This document shows, in pieces, positions 37,254-51,139 of a DNA stretch of 64,000 nt (positions within the stretch are counted from its first letter, which is position 1; every line of letters starts with the position of its first letter). Origin of the DNA: Vicugna vicugna (Eukaryota); NCBI GenBank assembly GCA_013265495.1, contig MU058781.1, forward strand, positions 10,769,009-10,833,008, read 5' to 3'. The translations under genes and the position numbers were made by a program. Under the pieces are notes generated by a model, which worked only from the letters and a program-made list of their open reading frames with translations, did no database searches and had not been told where the DNA came from.

Positions 37254-39959
37254 TCGCTCCAAATGCATTATTCTTCCTAAAACATTCATTTTCTTTTGTT
37301 TAACACATAGTTAGCAAGCTACACCTACATCACAAGAATGGTAAACTATGTGTAAAAAAAAGTCATCATAAACATACACACATTTATATATGACAAAATA
37401 ACTGAATATCTGATCAATTTAATTTGCAATTGGATTACTGATATTATCTGTGAGAGGCAAAGTCATTCCTAGCTAGAAATGTAAAATAAAGTTTCCTTTC
37501 AGTATTCTTCCATTTTTCTCCTTCACCTTGTCTCTGTTAACCACTACTATGCCTGCTTTTAAACTCCTGCCAGCACCTAACTGTGAAACTTCAGCCAGTT
37601 CTCCCCTATAGTGACTCTTGATCATGCCTTCCTACTCCATAACTCCACATTATCTTTGCCTCCCACTCTATACATCCAAAAATCATCAAATCCCATTGAT
37701 TCTCGTCCACTCCTCTGTTTGCCCCTTCTCTTTATAGCACTGGAAATCCAGCAACATTTAATCACAGGCTTTGAGTCTAACCAGTTGTTTTGATGAAGTC
37801 AAAGGCCCTTAATGGCCTGGGTTTGGTTTATTTGACATGAGCATAGGTGTATGCATATGTAAATAAATCTGTATTTGTATATGTAATGTATTCATGGTGA
37901 ACTTGAATTTCACATCATGCATGGGAGAAGGAATATTATAACATGGCTTGTTTAGATAAAGCAAATACGAAAACATTTAGGTAATTCTGTTAGGGGCTAT
38001 TTGCACAGAAGAACCCACGAAGGATTAATGCAGCAGTGAGAACAACTTGGTCAGGACCATGGATGCTTGTTCAAATGTTGTTGTAATCATGTCTGGAAGG
38101 AGAGCATTTTAGATCCTGAGAGACTTTGTCAGGTTAACACAGAAAGCAGGACAAAAGGCCCCCTGGTATCTTTTCATAACACAGAAATGGTGGCACATGA
38201 GTCCCATGCCTTGCTTTAGGTACCGCCATAAATCAATGTCGACTTCAGGAAAACAAAACCAAAGAAGCATCTTGCCTTCCTGTCCCCAGACTATTTTCTT
38301 AACAATGCCACCTGCACTACTTCCTTAACTACAGCTGACCTCTGGGATCCAAGCCGCACAGAAAAATATATCACATGATGTGGACCAAATGGAGGGAGAG
38401 AGATCCAACTAAATCCCTGGGAAATAAAGCTGACAATAGTTCTTGCTGTGTGAAATGCAGAGCACCACTTTTCCCGGAGACCTCCGGAGTCCTACTCATG
38501 TTCCGGGGAAGAAGGAGGAGGGCGGGCTGCGTGGAGTCCCAGATCTGTCACCCCAACCCAACCATAGCAGCTCCACTCTTTCTGTTTTTAAACATCCTGA
38601 TCTCATTTAGTTTTAATCTGAGGAAAGGATTCCACTCACTTTTTTAAAATTGAAAATACTGATAGTAGATAACAAGTAATTAATAAATTACTTGTCAGGA
38701 CAGCCAGGTGCTGGTACTGCACTGAGACTTCATCTTTCTGCGCCTCGGTTTCTCATTTATAGGTGGAGGTAACATTAGGTTCCCTGCCCTCCATGAAGAC
38801 CAAATGAGCCAATGCTCATTAAGGGTCTTTGGAAAATTGGAAGATACTACATCAACATATATGTGGTATTTGTGGTATTTGTAGCATCAAGCTGACTGTA
38901 TGTCACCTATTTAACAAATTCTATTCCACAGTGAAGCTGAAAGCTAACCCTTAGCCCATCTTCCTTCACAATGTTATAGAATATGCAGACTCCATGGCTA
39001 AGATGTTATTCTTTTGTTCTCAAGTTTTGAAAAAATTCTGTTCTTGTTGTTCCAATACACTTCTTTTAGCAGCAGGACTTTTTTTTTTTTAATGAAGCTT
39101 GTGTGGAATATCATTACATAAAAAAAACAATGAGAGGCTGAACCACTTGAAATACGAGGGGCGGCTCCATGGCTTGAGCTCACCCTCTGGCCCCAGCCAC
39201 CTCTAGGGCACCTCTGAGGAATCTTAGGGCTCAGCCAGTCAGAGTTGAATGACTTCCTTGACTCATACTTGTGATGTCAGCATACTTCCCAGCTCTCTGC
39301 TTTGATACTGAAGCTTCATCTTGTCCCTTAAATAATTTTATTCCATGCTTTTGTTCAGGAGGCAGTGTGGGTCACTTGGAAATTTGCAGTGACATTTTAA
39401 TTTTAATTAATTTATTTTTAATATTTACTCATCACTTTAACTAATTAGAAACTTTGCCCTTCTTTAAAACTTGAGCTGATGTGAGGAATTGCCTTTTCTC
39501 CCTTGCAAGAAATATTGACAGATCAAAAATAGAAGTGCCTGACTCCCACAGGTAAAAGATAAAGCTAAGCCAATTTAAGACATTTTCTCTTAAAATTCCA
39601 AATTTTGAACTGAGTTGCATGGGATAGAAAAAAATAATAATGGTAAAGTGCATTCACATGGGTGATGAATCCAAATAAGTCTCTTGAATCTCAGGTTCTC
39701 GAGGCCAGAAATCTTGAGCCAAATTGGCTCCTATCGTGTCTGACTTATTTCCAAGCCTCTTTCTCCAGCATTCTTATCCATTCTCTAAGCTACTTTTTAT
39801 CCCTCCGAGTAAGTCCCTGTTGTTTAACTGGACCAGATTTTTTGCTTGCAAAATGAACAAACCAAAACTCTATCTAAATTTATATCCTTAATAACCTTCC
39901 AATTATCCTAGACTGCATTTAACTAGATAAACTCTTACAGAACCAACCATGTACCTACA

Positions 39960-40200
39960 ATATTCTTCCATGTGCCTACTATATGCTGATGTAGTACAGG
40001 GTATTTTGCATATATTTTCTAATTTAGTTGTCACACAACATAATGAACAGATATTATTTTCTCAGTTTTACAGATAAACAGAGTCAGGCTTAGACAAGTC
40101 ATATAACTTTTCTAAGCTCTTATAGCTAGAGAGCAGCCCAGAAGTTCAAAGACAGATTTATTTGGTTTCTTAACCCTGGTTCTTTCAACTTACATACTCT
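39960..40200 (-). mobile_element. MIR SINE
   Basis: tattattttctcagttttacagataaacagagtcaggcttaga...cagcccagaagttcaaa. Confidence 0.65.
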
Positions 40201-41059
40201 ATCACAAGTTGAATTATTTGGTTGAAGAAATGCTCTGCTCAGTGTCTTGATTATACTTTGGGGTTGTTATAGTACCCATTCTAGTTACAGGAATAATAAA
40301 ATATCAGAGGATAAATTCATTTGCATTTCTATGTTGAGAAGGATGTATGAATGTAAATATATACTTAAAACATTAGTGTTATTGATAGAGTGAGGACAAC
40401 AGCAAGGAGACATCACATTTTAGATTATCTCCTGTATCTATTTTTACCCAAAATGCACTTCAGCTAAACATTTATTGATTAAGCATTGTTCACCTCTCCG
40501 GGAGGTCAAGAAGCATCTTGGTGTTTTATTAGTAATTCTGCTGATACGGATGAGATCATGTTTGGTCTCAGCCTTCAGACAGGAATATTTCATCGATTTC
40601 CTTAGAGGTTCTGGACATATACCTGGCATTTCAGGTGCTGTTTAATCTTAACTCTCAATCTTTTCTTTCTTATTGTTATTTAGGAAATGTAATACTATGG
40701 ACAGAGAGAAGTCATCAAAAATGTTAGGGAATATTTCTTCCCTCTGACCTTAGAGCTGCAAAGAAACATATTAAAATTTGATTTTTCTAACCTTCTGTCT
40801 TACTCCATTGACAAATCATGCCACGTAGCGTTCATCTTCCAAACATAAAAAAATCCCCATTTTGTGAAAAATGCAAATGCATATAACACATTTTTAAGTT
40901 AAATTAAATCTAGCAGAATTACCTTCATACACACAAAACATAACAGAATATTTGTGTGTGTCTGTGTGTATACATACACTCTTATAGCTTCGGGGATCTC
41001 AATTCATGTAAATATTTCCTTGTTCTGTTCGTAAGTAAATATTCTTCACTCACAAATTT

Positions 41060-41810
41060 GTTCATTTTTTCCCAATCAATATTTATTTGAAGCTCAACTA
41101 CTATGTGCCAAGAATTGTATTAGGTAATGGGTAATGAGTAAGAGAGACACTGTCCCTGAAGTCTAGAATTTCTAGTCCAGTGGCAGGCAGGATAGGCAAT
41201 GCATAAACAAACAAGTGAAATGGGAATTACAAATAGTTGACATGTCCTGTGAAGGAAACAAAGTGGTAGAGGACACTGCGGGAAGGAAGGCAACATTCAT
41301 TTTATGTTACTTGTTCCCTCATATATTTGTTCTGCAAATTGTTCCCTCATATATTTGTTCTGCAAATTGTTCCCTAATACATCAAGAACACAATGTTTAG
41401 GCAGAGAAGTACACTGAAATGAACTAGCAAAGGGTGCAGAGAGGAACATTCCAGGAGATATAGAAAGGACCTCAGCATTTTCAAAAATCCCATTAGTCAA
41501 TATGGCTGGAATAGTGAGTAAATGAAGAGGGCAGCATAAAAGGAGTTAGGCAGGGGCCAGGTCACCCAGGGGCTTGATCAGGTGCTTGGATTTTATTCCA
41601 AGTGCAAAGGGAGACTAATCAGGAAAGTGAGAAGATGTGATTTATGTTTTTATGTTTACTTTAGCTATTGGGTGGAGAATGGATTGGAAAAGATACCAGG
41701 TTATTGCCATAGCATTGATAAAAAAATAATGCTGCCTTGGACAAGGTGGGAGTGACAGAGATGGAGAAAATGGGAGGAGGGATTGAGAAAGGAGGAGAAG
41801 TAGAGAAGGA
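41060..41810 (-). mobile_element. L2 LINE fragment
   Basis: caatatttatttgaagctcaactactatgtgccaag...gtgcttggattttattccaagtgcaaaggg. Confidence 0.75.
41311..41375. repeat. Perfect 28-bp tandem duplication (2.3 copies)
   Basis: TTGTTCCCTCATATATTTGTTCTGCAAA at 41311-41338 and 41339-41366, plus a 9-bp partial copy. Confidence 0.97.
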
Positions 41811-41999
41811 GAGAGGCTTTTCTTGTTTTTCATAAAGAAAATAACTTTTATGCAGATTATGTGAGTAGTTCATTCTCATGTGTGCGTGTGTGTGTTATCA
41901 GATAAAAGAATAAGGAAATAAAAACAGAACCCAGATTCTACCGCCCCAAATCAGTTATGTTTCTCCATACTCAATCACATAGAAACATTTGCAAACATA

Positions 42000-42258
42000 A
42001 ACAAAGACATGCAAGATAATATTAGACACATCTTTTTCCACTTTGCGTTGTTCATTGTGAAAATACCTCCACTCACCTTGTTTAAATTTCACTCATTTTC
42101 AGTTGGGTATATGATAATTGTATGATATGACTGTATTGCAGTTGACTCATTCCTTCCCCACAGATGGGTTTTAACTTTATTGACAGTTTTTTTGCCACTA
42201 CAGACAATGCTGTTTTAAATATCTTTACTATATATTGGTGTTTTTATTTCTATGCTAG
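42000..42258 (-). mobile_element. Old L1ME fragment
   Basis: ttttttgccactacagacaatgctg...atatctttac and neighbouring text match reversed L1 3' sequence. Confidence 0.5.
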
Positions 42259-42259
42259 A

Positions 42260-42720
42260 GAGTCTCAAGAGTAGAACTGTAGGCAATTAGATATATGTCT
42301 ACAGCTCAGAGGAAAGATGTGGGCTAGATGTGAGAAAGCCAGCACGTGGGAGATATCTACGGCTAAGGTAATAGAGGATATCATTAAATGAGAGTGTTTC
42401 GAAGATAGAGAAGAGACAGACCTCAAGCCTGAACCTTGAGGCACTCCAAATTTAGAAGTCAGCATGGGGGAGAGTCTGAGAAGCAAACTTTGGAAGAACC
42501 ATCAGCGAGATGAGAGGTCAAAAAGGCCACTTTGAAATTAGGAAAGATAACCACTTCAAATTCTTTGAGCAGATCCCATCAAATAAGGGTGGAAAAGTGT
42601 TCGCTGCCTGTGGGAATGGGAGGTCTTGGAGACATTGGCAAAGAGCAGTTTCAGGTGGATGTTGGAGGAGAAAACAGAGTGGGTATACTGAGCAGGGAAT
42701 AGGGAAGGGAAGAAGATGAA
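42260..42720 (-). mobile_element. L2 LINE fragment
   Basis: gtaggcaattagatatatgtctacagctcagaggaaagatgtgggctagatg...gaaccttgaggcactccaaatttagaagtcag...caagagcagtttcagg-like text. Confidence 0.75.
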
Positions 42721-43206
42721 ACATTGAAAGAAAGATTCATTGAAGGTGTGTGCCTTTATCTCCTCATCCCAAATCTTCAAAGTTCAGGAGGGAGGATGTG
42801 CACAGAATAAGTTTAAAGGAAGGCTCAGTTCAGAGGGACTCTTATTCTGCCCTGTTGGGTTTTTGGAGAAAGCTACTGTGACAGGTGACCATGCATCATC
42901 TACATGGGCATGGTTAATGGCACTGTGGTACAGAGAGGGTCTAGTTGGCCTCCTGGACCTTTTTCAGCCCAACTGTGGTGGACAAAATGAGTTTATGGCC
43001 TGCAAACCTGCCATAGGGTCAGTGAGGTTGAAAGAACAGGGAAGAGTGGAAGGTTCCTGTGGGGTCAAACATCCAGAGTAGGATTTGGATAAAAAAAAAT
43101 AAAGCAGGAAATTTAAGAGATCTGTAATTTCAATGAGAGCTGAAAGAAAAAAGGCAAGTCAGAAGGAAAGGTAAGCTGGACCTTCGCCCAGCCTTAATTA
43201 TTTATA

Positions 43207-43782
43207 TAGTCAGCTTTGCTATAAGAGATGTATGTGTTCCTAATAATCACCATGCTTGGCAAAGTAACACAATAAAGACCTCCAGGCTTACTGGAAAAAA
43301 ATGAGTTTTGGGAATAAAACTCAAAAATTTTATCTGTGACACATAAAAATAAATACTAGGACCTAATACAAATGAAGGCATGGTTTACACATGTTAAATG
43401 GTTAAGAAATATGTAAATACTGCAATAAATATGGTAGTTTACCTTGAAAAAGACTTGAAATTCACCTGTGGAAGTGGGCACTGGAAGAGTTACAGCTGTA
43501 AGTTACTGGGAAGTGGAGGGAAAACAAAATGTTAACAACACTAGAAGAGGATGGGAGTGGCTCATAACATACAGGGGAAACTGAGGCCACAGGGAGCTGC
43601 CTTAGATGTGTTTTGTATACTCCTACAAGGGCTCAGTTCTGCTTGGTGCAGTTTTCAGCATTCCCCTAGTGTTTCCTGCTCATGAAATTGAGCATAAGCA
43701 AATGGAAGTAGGATTTATGCTCAAATTATTCCCTAATATATCAATCATGTTTTCAAAACAAGCATTACAGCAGAACTGACTA
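43207..43782. mobile_element. MER82-like TcMar-Tigger DNA transposon
   Basis: Terminal inverted repeats TAGTCAGCTTTGCTATA / TACAGCAGAACTGACTA, TA at the left flank, internal IR ttgagcataa...ttatgctcaa. Confidence 0.82.
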
Positions 43783-44034
43783 CACCATGCGTTCATCAGC
43801 TGCAGACAGTAGCAGATGTCAGCAAAACAATGAGAGACAGGAATGGCTTAACCATGGATCAGCAGTGGTCAAGCAGGCACATTCGAGGACCAGCATTAGA
43901 GTCTGGGGGGCTTTCCCCTCAAGGCCATATAGAATTGGTTTTTTGGTTTGTTTTTTTATTTGTTTGGCAGGAAGGTGGGGGATAAGATTTATTTCCGTGT
44001 TTTTCAATTTTTCTACAATGATCCTGGTTTACAG

Positions 44035-44468
44035 AATAAAACTGAGATATAATTGACATATAACATTGCTTTATTGAGATGTAATTTATCTAAAACTGAG
44101 TAAATTTAAGGTGTGCAACACAATGATTTGATATATGTATATATTGCAAAATAATTACCACAATAAGGTTAGTTAATACATCTATCACCTCATATAGTTA
44201 AAATTTGTGTGCAGTGAGAACTTTTAAGATCTACTCTCTTATCAACTTTCAAATATACAGTACAATATTGTAAACTATAGTCACCATAATTCATCTCCAG
44301 AACTTACTCAGTTTTTTAACTGGAAGTTTGTCTCCTTTGCTCACCTTCACCATTTCCCCCCTACCTGACTCCATCCCTAGCAAACACCACTCTACTCTCT
44401 GTTTTTATGAGTTTGTTTTTTGGGCTTTTTAGATTCCGCATGTAAGTGAGATCACACAGTATTTATCC
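44035..44468 (-). mobile_element. L1 3'-UTR fragment (L1MA9/artiodactyl-like)
   Basis: tgagatataattgacatataacattg...ttaagatctactctcttatcaactttcaaatatac...gtaagtgagatcacacagtattt. Confidence 0.85.
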
Positions 44469-44745
44469 TGCAAGTCATGTAGACTTATAAAGGCTTTCAT
44501 ACAACCATTTCCTGTCTTGGAGAAGAGCATGATGAGGGGAGGAATTAGAAGTCTGAGTGATTATGCAAAGGGACTGAAGAAAGCCCAAAGTGACTGTAGT
44601 AGAATTTATTAGACCATTTTAACTTTTGGTCCAGATTTAATGTCATCACTCCACTCAGAGGGGAGTGGCTATCGGGTGGCATGAATAAAACTAGATCAGA
44701 ATAGAGAAATAAAGGAACTTCAATATCACTATGCTCTTTCTTTCT

Positions 44746-44779
44746 CTCAAAAATCATAATTGCTCAAAAATCATAATTG
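44746..44779. repeat. Perfect 17-bp tandem duplication
   Basis: CTCAAAAATCATAATTG twice. Confidence 0.95.
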
Positions 44780-45411
44780 GGGGGAATTAAGCAAAGATGT
44801 GTATAGACAACCATTCTGATATTTTGCTATAAAGAGGAGTTGAGAAATGGGCAGATGACTGAAATTAAATGAGTTCTGCAGCGGCTTTCTGAGGGTAGTT
44901 GCTTGTATTTTTTAAAGGGAAGACTATCTACTTGACTGTCTTTTTCTCATTCAGTGACTCTAATACAAGCAAAAGGATGATTTCCAAGTAGCAATAGATT
45001 TTGAAACAGAATCCAACCCCACTTCCTGGTCCTAGTGGATATGGGATGTGATCAAACACACAAACCACCCCTTAAAAGGACTTAAAGGACAGCAGAGAAA
45101 GGGAATGTTTCGAGAAGTAAATGACTCTGCTGTTCATTGCCGATTCATAGAGAGCCGTGGAGAGGACGGTCAAGGAGTGGAGGGGATGGGCAGAGAATTG
45201 GGTCAGATTCTGTCATGCAGAACTGTAGAAGGAGAGAGTGCAAGAGACAGTCAATAGTCTGGGAGCCTGGCACTTCTGGGGGTGATTATGTGAGCACAGA
45301 TCCAAGACTTCATGGTGGGTACTGTGTTAAGGTGCTGCAATCCTGAATGCTTTGCTCAATAATATGGCAGTATCCAGGCTACAGCAGCTTTAAGGAAGAA
45401 GAAACAGCTAA

Positions 45412-45600
45412 GGTTTACTGAACACTGCTGTCCTCCAGGTGATGTTCTAGGTTTGTCATATATTTCTGATTCTAACAACTCTGTGAAAGTGGTGTTTATC
45501 AAATGAGACAACTGAGACTTAGAAAATTTAAATAACTTGTCCTGATTTGTGCAATCAAGAAATAGAAGAGCTGATACTCAGTTCCAGCTATGATACCAAC
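45412..45600 (-). mobile_element. MIR SINE
   Basis: tttactgaacac...ttctaacaactctgtgaaagtgg...aaatgagacaactgagacttaga...taacttgtcc. Confidence 0.7.
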
Positions 45601-47639
45601 GTCCGTGTTTTTTCTTTAACACTCATTATGCCCTTTGTCCCTCCCGCAGCCACATAACCTCCGTTAACAATGACCCTGTTAAAAGTGCAAATTGTTACAA
45701 ATTCGTGGAGGCAAAAAAAAAAGGTAAAATGTATTTCTTGCTTTGGTTCACTATTTACCGCTATTTCATACATAGAAAGCAATTCATTTGTGCTTTCCTT
45801 TTTGATGAATGAACAACTGAGTAATGTGAAAAAAGAATGTTATTAATCCATTCAGTCATTGTAGATTAGAAGATCCCTATTGGGAAGATAATGATCCAGT
45901 TTGGGGAACGTGCTGCAGTGAGATGTTTTACAATCACTGGAATGTAAGCTGCCAGGGCCTAAAACAGTAGCTGTGATATAGTTGATTCTTTAATATTATA
46001 CATTGAGTTAGTTAATGAACTAGTAAATAAACTTGAGTCCAGTCATTTCTACTTACACGTTACTAGACTTTTAGGTTCTCTGAACCTTTAATTTCTTAAA
46101 TTTGTAAAATTAAGATAATGATTGGTCTACATACAGCTCAAGTGCATCCTAAAATAAAAAAAAAAACAACAAAACGAAAAACAGGTAGAAGAGAAGGATA
46201 AACACTAGCATTTATTGAATTGGTACTTCAGACTCTTTGATAAGCTATTTTCCCTACTTGATATCAATGAGGTATGAATATAAAAGACCTTTCCAAAGTT
46301 TGGACAGGCAATCATTTATTAAACAATTTGTAAGTGAGCTTCTGTTGAATAGTTATTTGCCTGAATGACACGAGAGGGTGCTCGTAGAACTTGAATGACA
46401 CACTTAGGATGAGTAAGAGAAAATATCATAAAAACTAAACCTGGAAACGTATTACATCAAGAAGTGGAATAGGCAACCCATATGACTGCATTAAGAAAGG
46501 TGACAAGTCATTGCTAATGACAGAATCATAAAACGTCTGCCATGAGTAGCTGATCCCAGTGAATCTTTATGGTTAATGAATAAGAAGAGAGCCATGTCCT
46601 CTCACAGCTCTTCAAGCAATAGAATCCTGGGTTGAATAACCAGAGATCTGAACCAGCATGGCACTACAGCAGAGCACACAGGTAATTTTTTCCAAGGTTG
46701 TACAGAAAGTCAAAGATAAAACAAGAAATGTAATTTAGCCCTTCTAAGCTACAATCTAATTTTATATCCTTCTATATACATTACCAAGTTCATATTCTCC
46801 CAGGAGGTTTGGGGTTATTTCTATCCTGCATTCCTGTTTTTAGCACTCAGTGTTGCTAGAATTCTATAACAAGTGCACAAAAGTAGGACAAACTGTGCCC
46901 CACCCCCCAAAACAGAATAGCTCTGTTCCAATGAGTGTATCACCTAAAGGCACAAATAATGCAGAGGGAGAAAAATGAAATAGCTATGTAGTAGCAAATA
47001 GTATAAATGTAATTATTTTTAGACTGGGCACTTGAAACACAATCTCTCAGGAGAGAAAGTAACTGGTTAGCAAATACGAACTGGAGGCTTGTGTTGTGTT
47101 CAAGGGATGGTACTCACATGTTTAAGGCAAACCTCCTTATATATGGAAAGATGATTGTAGCAGCACAGAATCAGTGGTCCTTTTCTCTCTCTTCTTTTCC
47201 TCAGATTTGGAACATTCAGCCTGGGTCTGGTTCTAGCCACTTCCCAGTGCTGCAATTGATGGCCAGCCAAAAAGTACTTAAGGCCTGTGCCCTCCCATGG
47301 TTATGCACTTATTGACAGAGGATGCCTCAATATTAAGAACTTTCAAGATTCAGTGGAATTATCAGTACTGATATGAATACCAGTGAGAATGATGATAACC
47401 TATAATATATGCATCATGCTTTTACAATTTCAAGATTTTCTCACCTCCATTTTTTAATGCGAGCTTCATAAAAACATTGTGAGTTAGATAAGGTATTTTA
47501 CATATCTTGCCCAAAAAGATATTGAGCTTTGCCTCTGGTTACTGAACTCTGAGTTGCAAAACCAGAGGTTAATTCTACGAACCCTCACTGATCCCCTCTC
47601 ACCTTCTAAATCACACCACTCACTGTAACTATTCATAAA

Positions 47640-48140
47640 TTTCACCTTGCATACTACTTAACCTGCTCAACATCCATCTGAATTTATAAACCCTCCATCC
47701 TATAAAACTATTATATTTTGTATGATCTTCTAGTATATTTATTTTCATAGTTGTAATTTTATAGTTCACATCTATTGCATTCTTATTTTTAATGTAATAT
47801 ATAGCATACATTGCATTTTCTGTGTGCTACATAGTATTCATGGTTATGTTTCTAATGTCTCCATCATATTGAAAGTAGCATACTTTCTTGCATATTTCTC
47901 TATTGTTAGACATTATGGCTACTTCTATTCATTAGAGCTTTTTTGTTTTTTTATTTTCAACAGCTTTGGTGTGTAGTTTCAGAAATAGTATCTTTTCTTC
48001 TTTTTCATTATCTCCTTAGGATAGATGTCTAGAAGTTGGATTTTAATAACTTAAAACAGCACATGTAATTTTAGCGTTTATATCTATTGCTAAATATCTT
48101 ACCAAATGTATTGAAACAATTTACCTCATGAACAGCAATA
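47640..48140 (-). mobile_element. Old L1ME fragment
   Basis: ttctctattgttagacattatggctacttc...tctccttaggatagatgtctagaagttgga...aacaatttacctc. Confidence 0.55.
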
Positions 48141-49974
48141 TGTGAAAGCTGCAAGTGTATGGTTCTTCGTGTATGCCTTTCTTCCATAACCCAATAGACA
48201 AAAATTAACTTAACTCAATTCATCAAACATTTATTCAAAACCAACTTTTAGACAAATATTTTGCTAGCCCTAAAAATGCAAAACTGAGTAATAACGGCAC
48301 ATGGCCTGCTCTCAAGGAGCTCTGGATAATTTGCCACACAGAATTCCAGAGACCCAGGAGGCAGGAATTATGTCCAACCAGAATGGATGTGTGTTTAGTG
48401 AACAAATTATTTTAATAGGATTTGAGTGATGATGTACCTTCTAGCCTTGTGTGATTCCATCCTGTGTATGTCATTCTTACTCAGTTGTCAGCATGCTCAC
48501 AAATAGGCTATAATCATTTGTTTATGTTCCACATCAAACTTTAAAAACCAAACATATTCCTCAGCTCTTCTTTGTGTATTTCCCAGAAGAGTCAATTGAT
48601 TTGGAGCCCAGGCAGTCTATCTTGTCAAATTCTCAGGTAAGAGATGTCATAACTCTTTTATGGCTCTTCCTTTACACCAGAAAAAATTGTGTCTATGAGG
48701 AAGAAATACTGGAGCAGAATCAAAAACTTTGCTTTAGTCCTATATCTGCCACTAAGTTTGTGACCTATGGCAAGATATCTAATTAGTTTGTGTCTCATGA
48801 ATAAAGTGATTAAAAAAATATACTTTTTCTGTCTACTCCATGACAATCCTAATTTGACTAATTCCCATCACAAGCTAGCTCCCTGCTGGAAGCCACCTCA
48901 TTTTAAGATTTCTCTAATATCCCGTCTTAATCCAGTCTTAATCCCAATTACTGAGCCCCTGTTCTTCAGTCAAGATTAAGCTCTGCTAGTACCACCTCCA
49001 ACAAGTCTATCCTCTATAATTTCAGCCAGCACTGATTTTTCCCCTTTCATTTCACCCCCAAAATTTAATAATGTTAAATTTGGCATTTTATTGTGAACTA
49101 CTTCAAATTTTTCTTAAATTGTTTTACTAGTTTTATTTCTTATCTTCCTTGTCTTTATCTACTCCCTCTGCCCCAAAGATCTAATCAGACAATACACTTT
49201 TGTTTAATCCTACAGGATGTGCTGTAGTACCAGAAACATATTAGGTACTTAAACAACATTTGTCTAAAAGTAATTGAAAGCAACCAAAGGACTCAAGACT
49301 TAAAGGACTTTGATGCTGGAGAAGAAGGAACTGCAGAAAAGGGAGGCTAACTTTCTGCCTACAATCTCCCATCTTGGCATTTTGAGATTCTCAAGCTGTG
49401 CATGCCTGAGGGAGGCATAGAGAATCAAGCAGAGAGCACCACAGGAAGAATTAAGAGGTGAGCAGCAACCTAGGCAGTGCTGTGCAGATACAGGTTGGAA
49501 TTCTGGACCAGCCAAGGTGAAGGGTAAACACTCAGGGCTCTAAATTGAAACATCCCAAAAGGGCAACAAAGTAGGATCAATGGCAACAAAAGCCATTATA
49601 AACCATATAAAATATCCTATTGTAATGTACTGTAATCCAACACAGGCATGTAACAGGGGAAGATTAAAAGAAGTAAAAGGAACTTATCAAACACACATTT
49701 ATTTTCTCTCTGAAGATAAAAAGGAAAGAAATATACCACAACAATAGAAGAGCATGTGGTGAGAGTCCTTTGAAAAATGCTTCAAATTATTTGTGAATAC
49801 CATCGATTATCATTGTTATCACAATGCAAATGTCTTTATCAGAAAGATAATTCTTCATCCTCCCAAGCACCAACTGTCTAAATTTTCTGAAACTAATATT
49901 GATTTGTTGAGTGATCTTAGAATACATTAGATTCTGTGATAATCATTTTCAATGAATTACCCCAATTTATAGTC

Positions 49975-50100
49975 TGAAAAACCCCATGAAGTAGGTACTA
50001 TTATTAAGTGCCATTTAACACGTGAAGAAATTGAAGTTTAAACAGGTTTAGTAATTTGAGCAAGGCCATGCATTAATATGTGGCAGAACTAGGTCCTTAG
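49975..50100 (-). mobile_element. MIR fragment
   Basis: accccatgaagtaggtactattatt...gtgaagaaattgaag...ggtttagtaatttgagcaaggcca. Confidence 0.7.
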
Positions 50101-50369
50101 GGTGGTGCTTGTCAATGAGTGTATTGAAAGCACTCAGCCAACAGTTGTCAAAAACATGAAAAGATTTCTAACTCTCTTAATCTATTCCATGTATTTATAG
50201 CAAACCATCTTGCTTCTCAAAGCAAATACTAAAAAATCTAATGTAAAGTTGAGCTGAACTTGAATTTGGGAATGATTACTACAAAGTTCATCATTTTATA
50301 TATATGCAAAATACAGTATGTGTTAGCATATTGATTTTAGTAACTGTTTTGATTTCACAACCTGTTGAC

Positions 50370-50760
50370 TCATTCATCCTGCAGCTATTCATTGAGCATC
50401 TGCCACGTGCCAGAACAGGGAATGTAGTGGCAAACAACAGAGACAGAATTCCTCCTCTCATGGCGCTAACAATCTAGGGGAGAAGACAAATAAGTAAGTA
50501 AATAGATATAGAGGTTGAATTTGGAGAGTAATAAAAACTGTTAGGAGGGTGAAGGGTTAGAAACTAGAAGGCTGTTTTAATGAAGGTGCCTAAGGAAAAA
50601 CTCTCCAATGAGGCAACCTAGATGACAAGACGAAGCCAGCCAAGCAAAGACCTAGAGGAAATGCATCCCAAGAAGAGAGAGCAACAGGTGCAAAGGGTCC
50701 CAGCTGTGCTGAGTAAGTTTAAAGAACTCTGAGAAGGCCAGTATGCCTAATCCATAATGA
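50370..50760 (-). mobile_element. L2 LINE fragment
   Basis: cattcatcc...tattcattgagcatctgccacgtgccaga...gctaacaatctagggg...caacaggtgcaaagggtcc. Confidence 0.75.
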
Positions 50761-51139
50761 GAAGAAAGAAGTGCCCTTTAATATTCACATTTTAAAACTA
50801 TTTGTTTTGAATTGTACATAGAATATTGTCTGTGCTCATTCTGACTTGAAAGTCAAGTTTGCTAGTATTGTTAGCAATACTCAGGTTCTGCTATATTATG
50901 AGCAATTTAGCTCTGGCCCTAAACTTGCATACCTTACTTAGCAAAGCAAAAGCCCTGAAACTTGCTAGATTCACTGGTCCAAGGAGTCAGTTTGGTGAGC
51001 AATTATTTTTATTTGAGCATGTCTCTTGGGGTGTAACTCCCCTTAAGCAGTTTATAAAAATAATACCCCTCCACATAAATACCCACATAAATACTATCCC
51101 TAAGACTATTTTTCAGACTTCAGTGTTGTACTTGGTATT

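Noticed and set aside
39175..39215. CTCF site
   Set aside because: Only a partial match to the core; the 3' half does not fit.
41311..41375. CRISPR-like array
   Set aside because: Units are head-to-tail with no spacers, in mammalian DNA.
46608..46687. Additional coding exon ending CAG/GTAATT
   Set aside because: Weak acceptor, and the frame needed to join the next candidate exon contains a stop.
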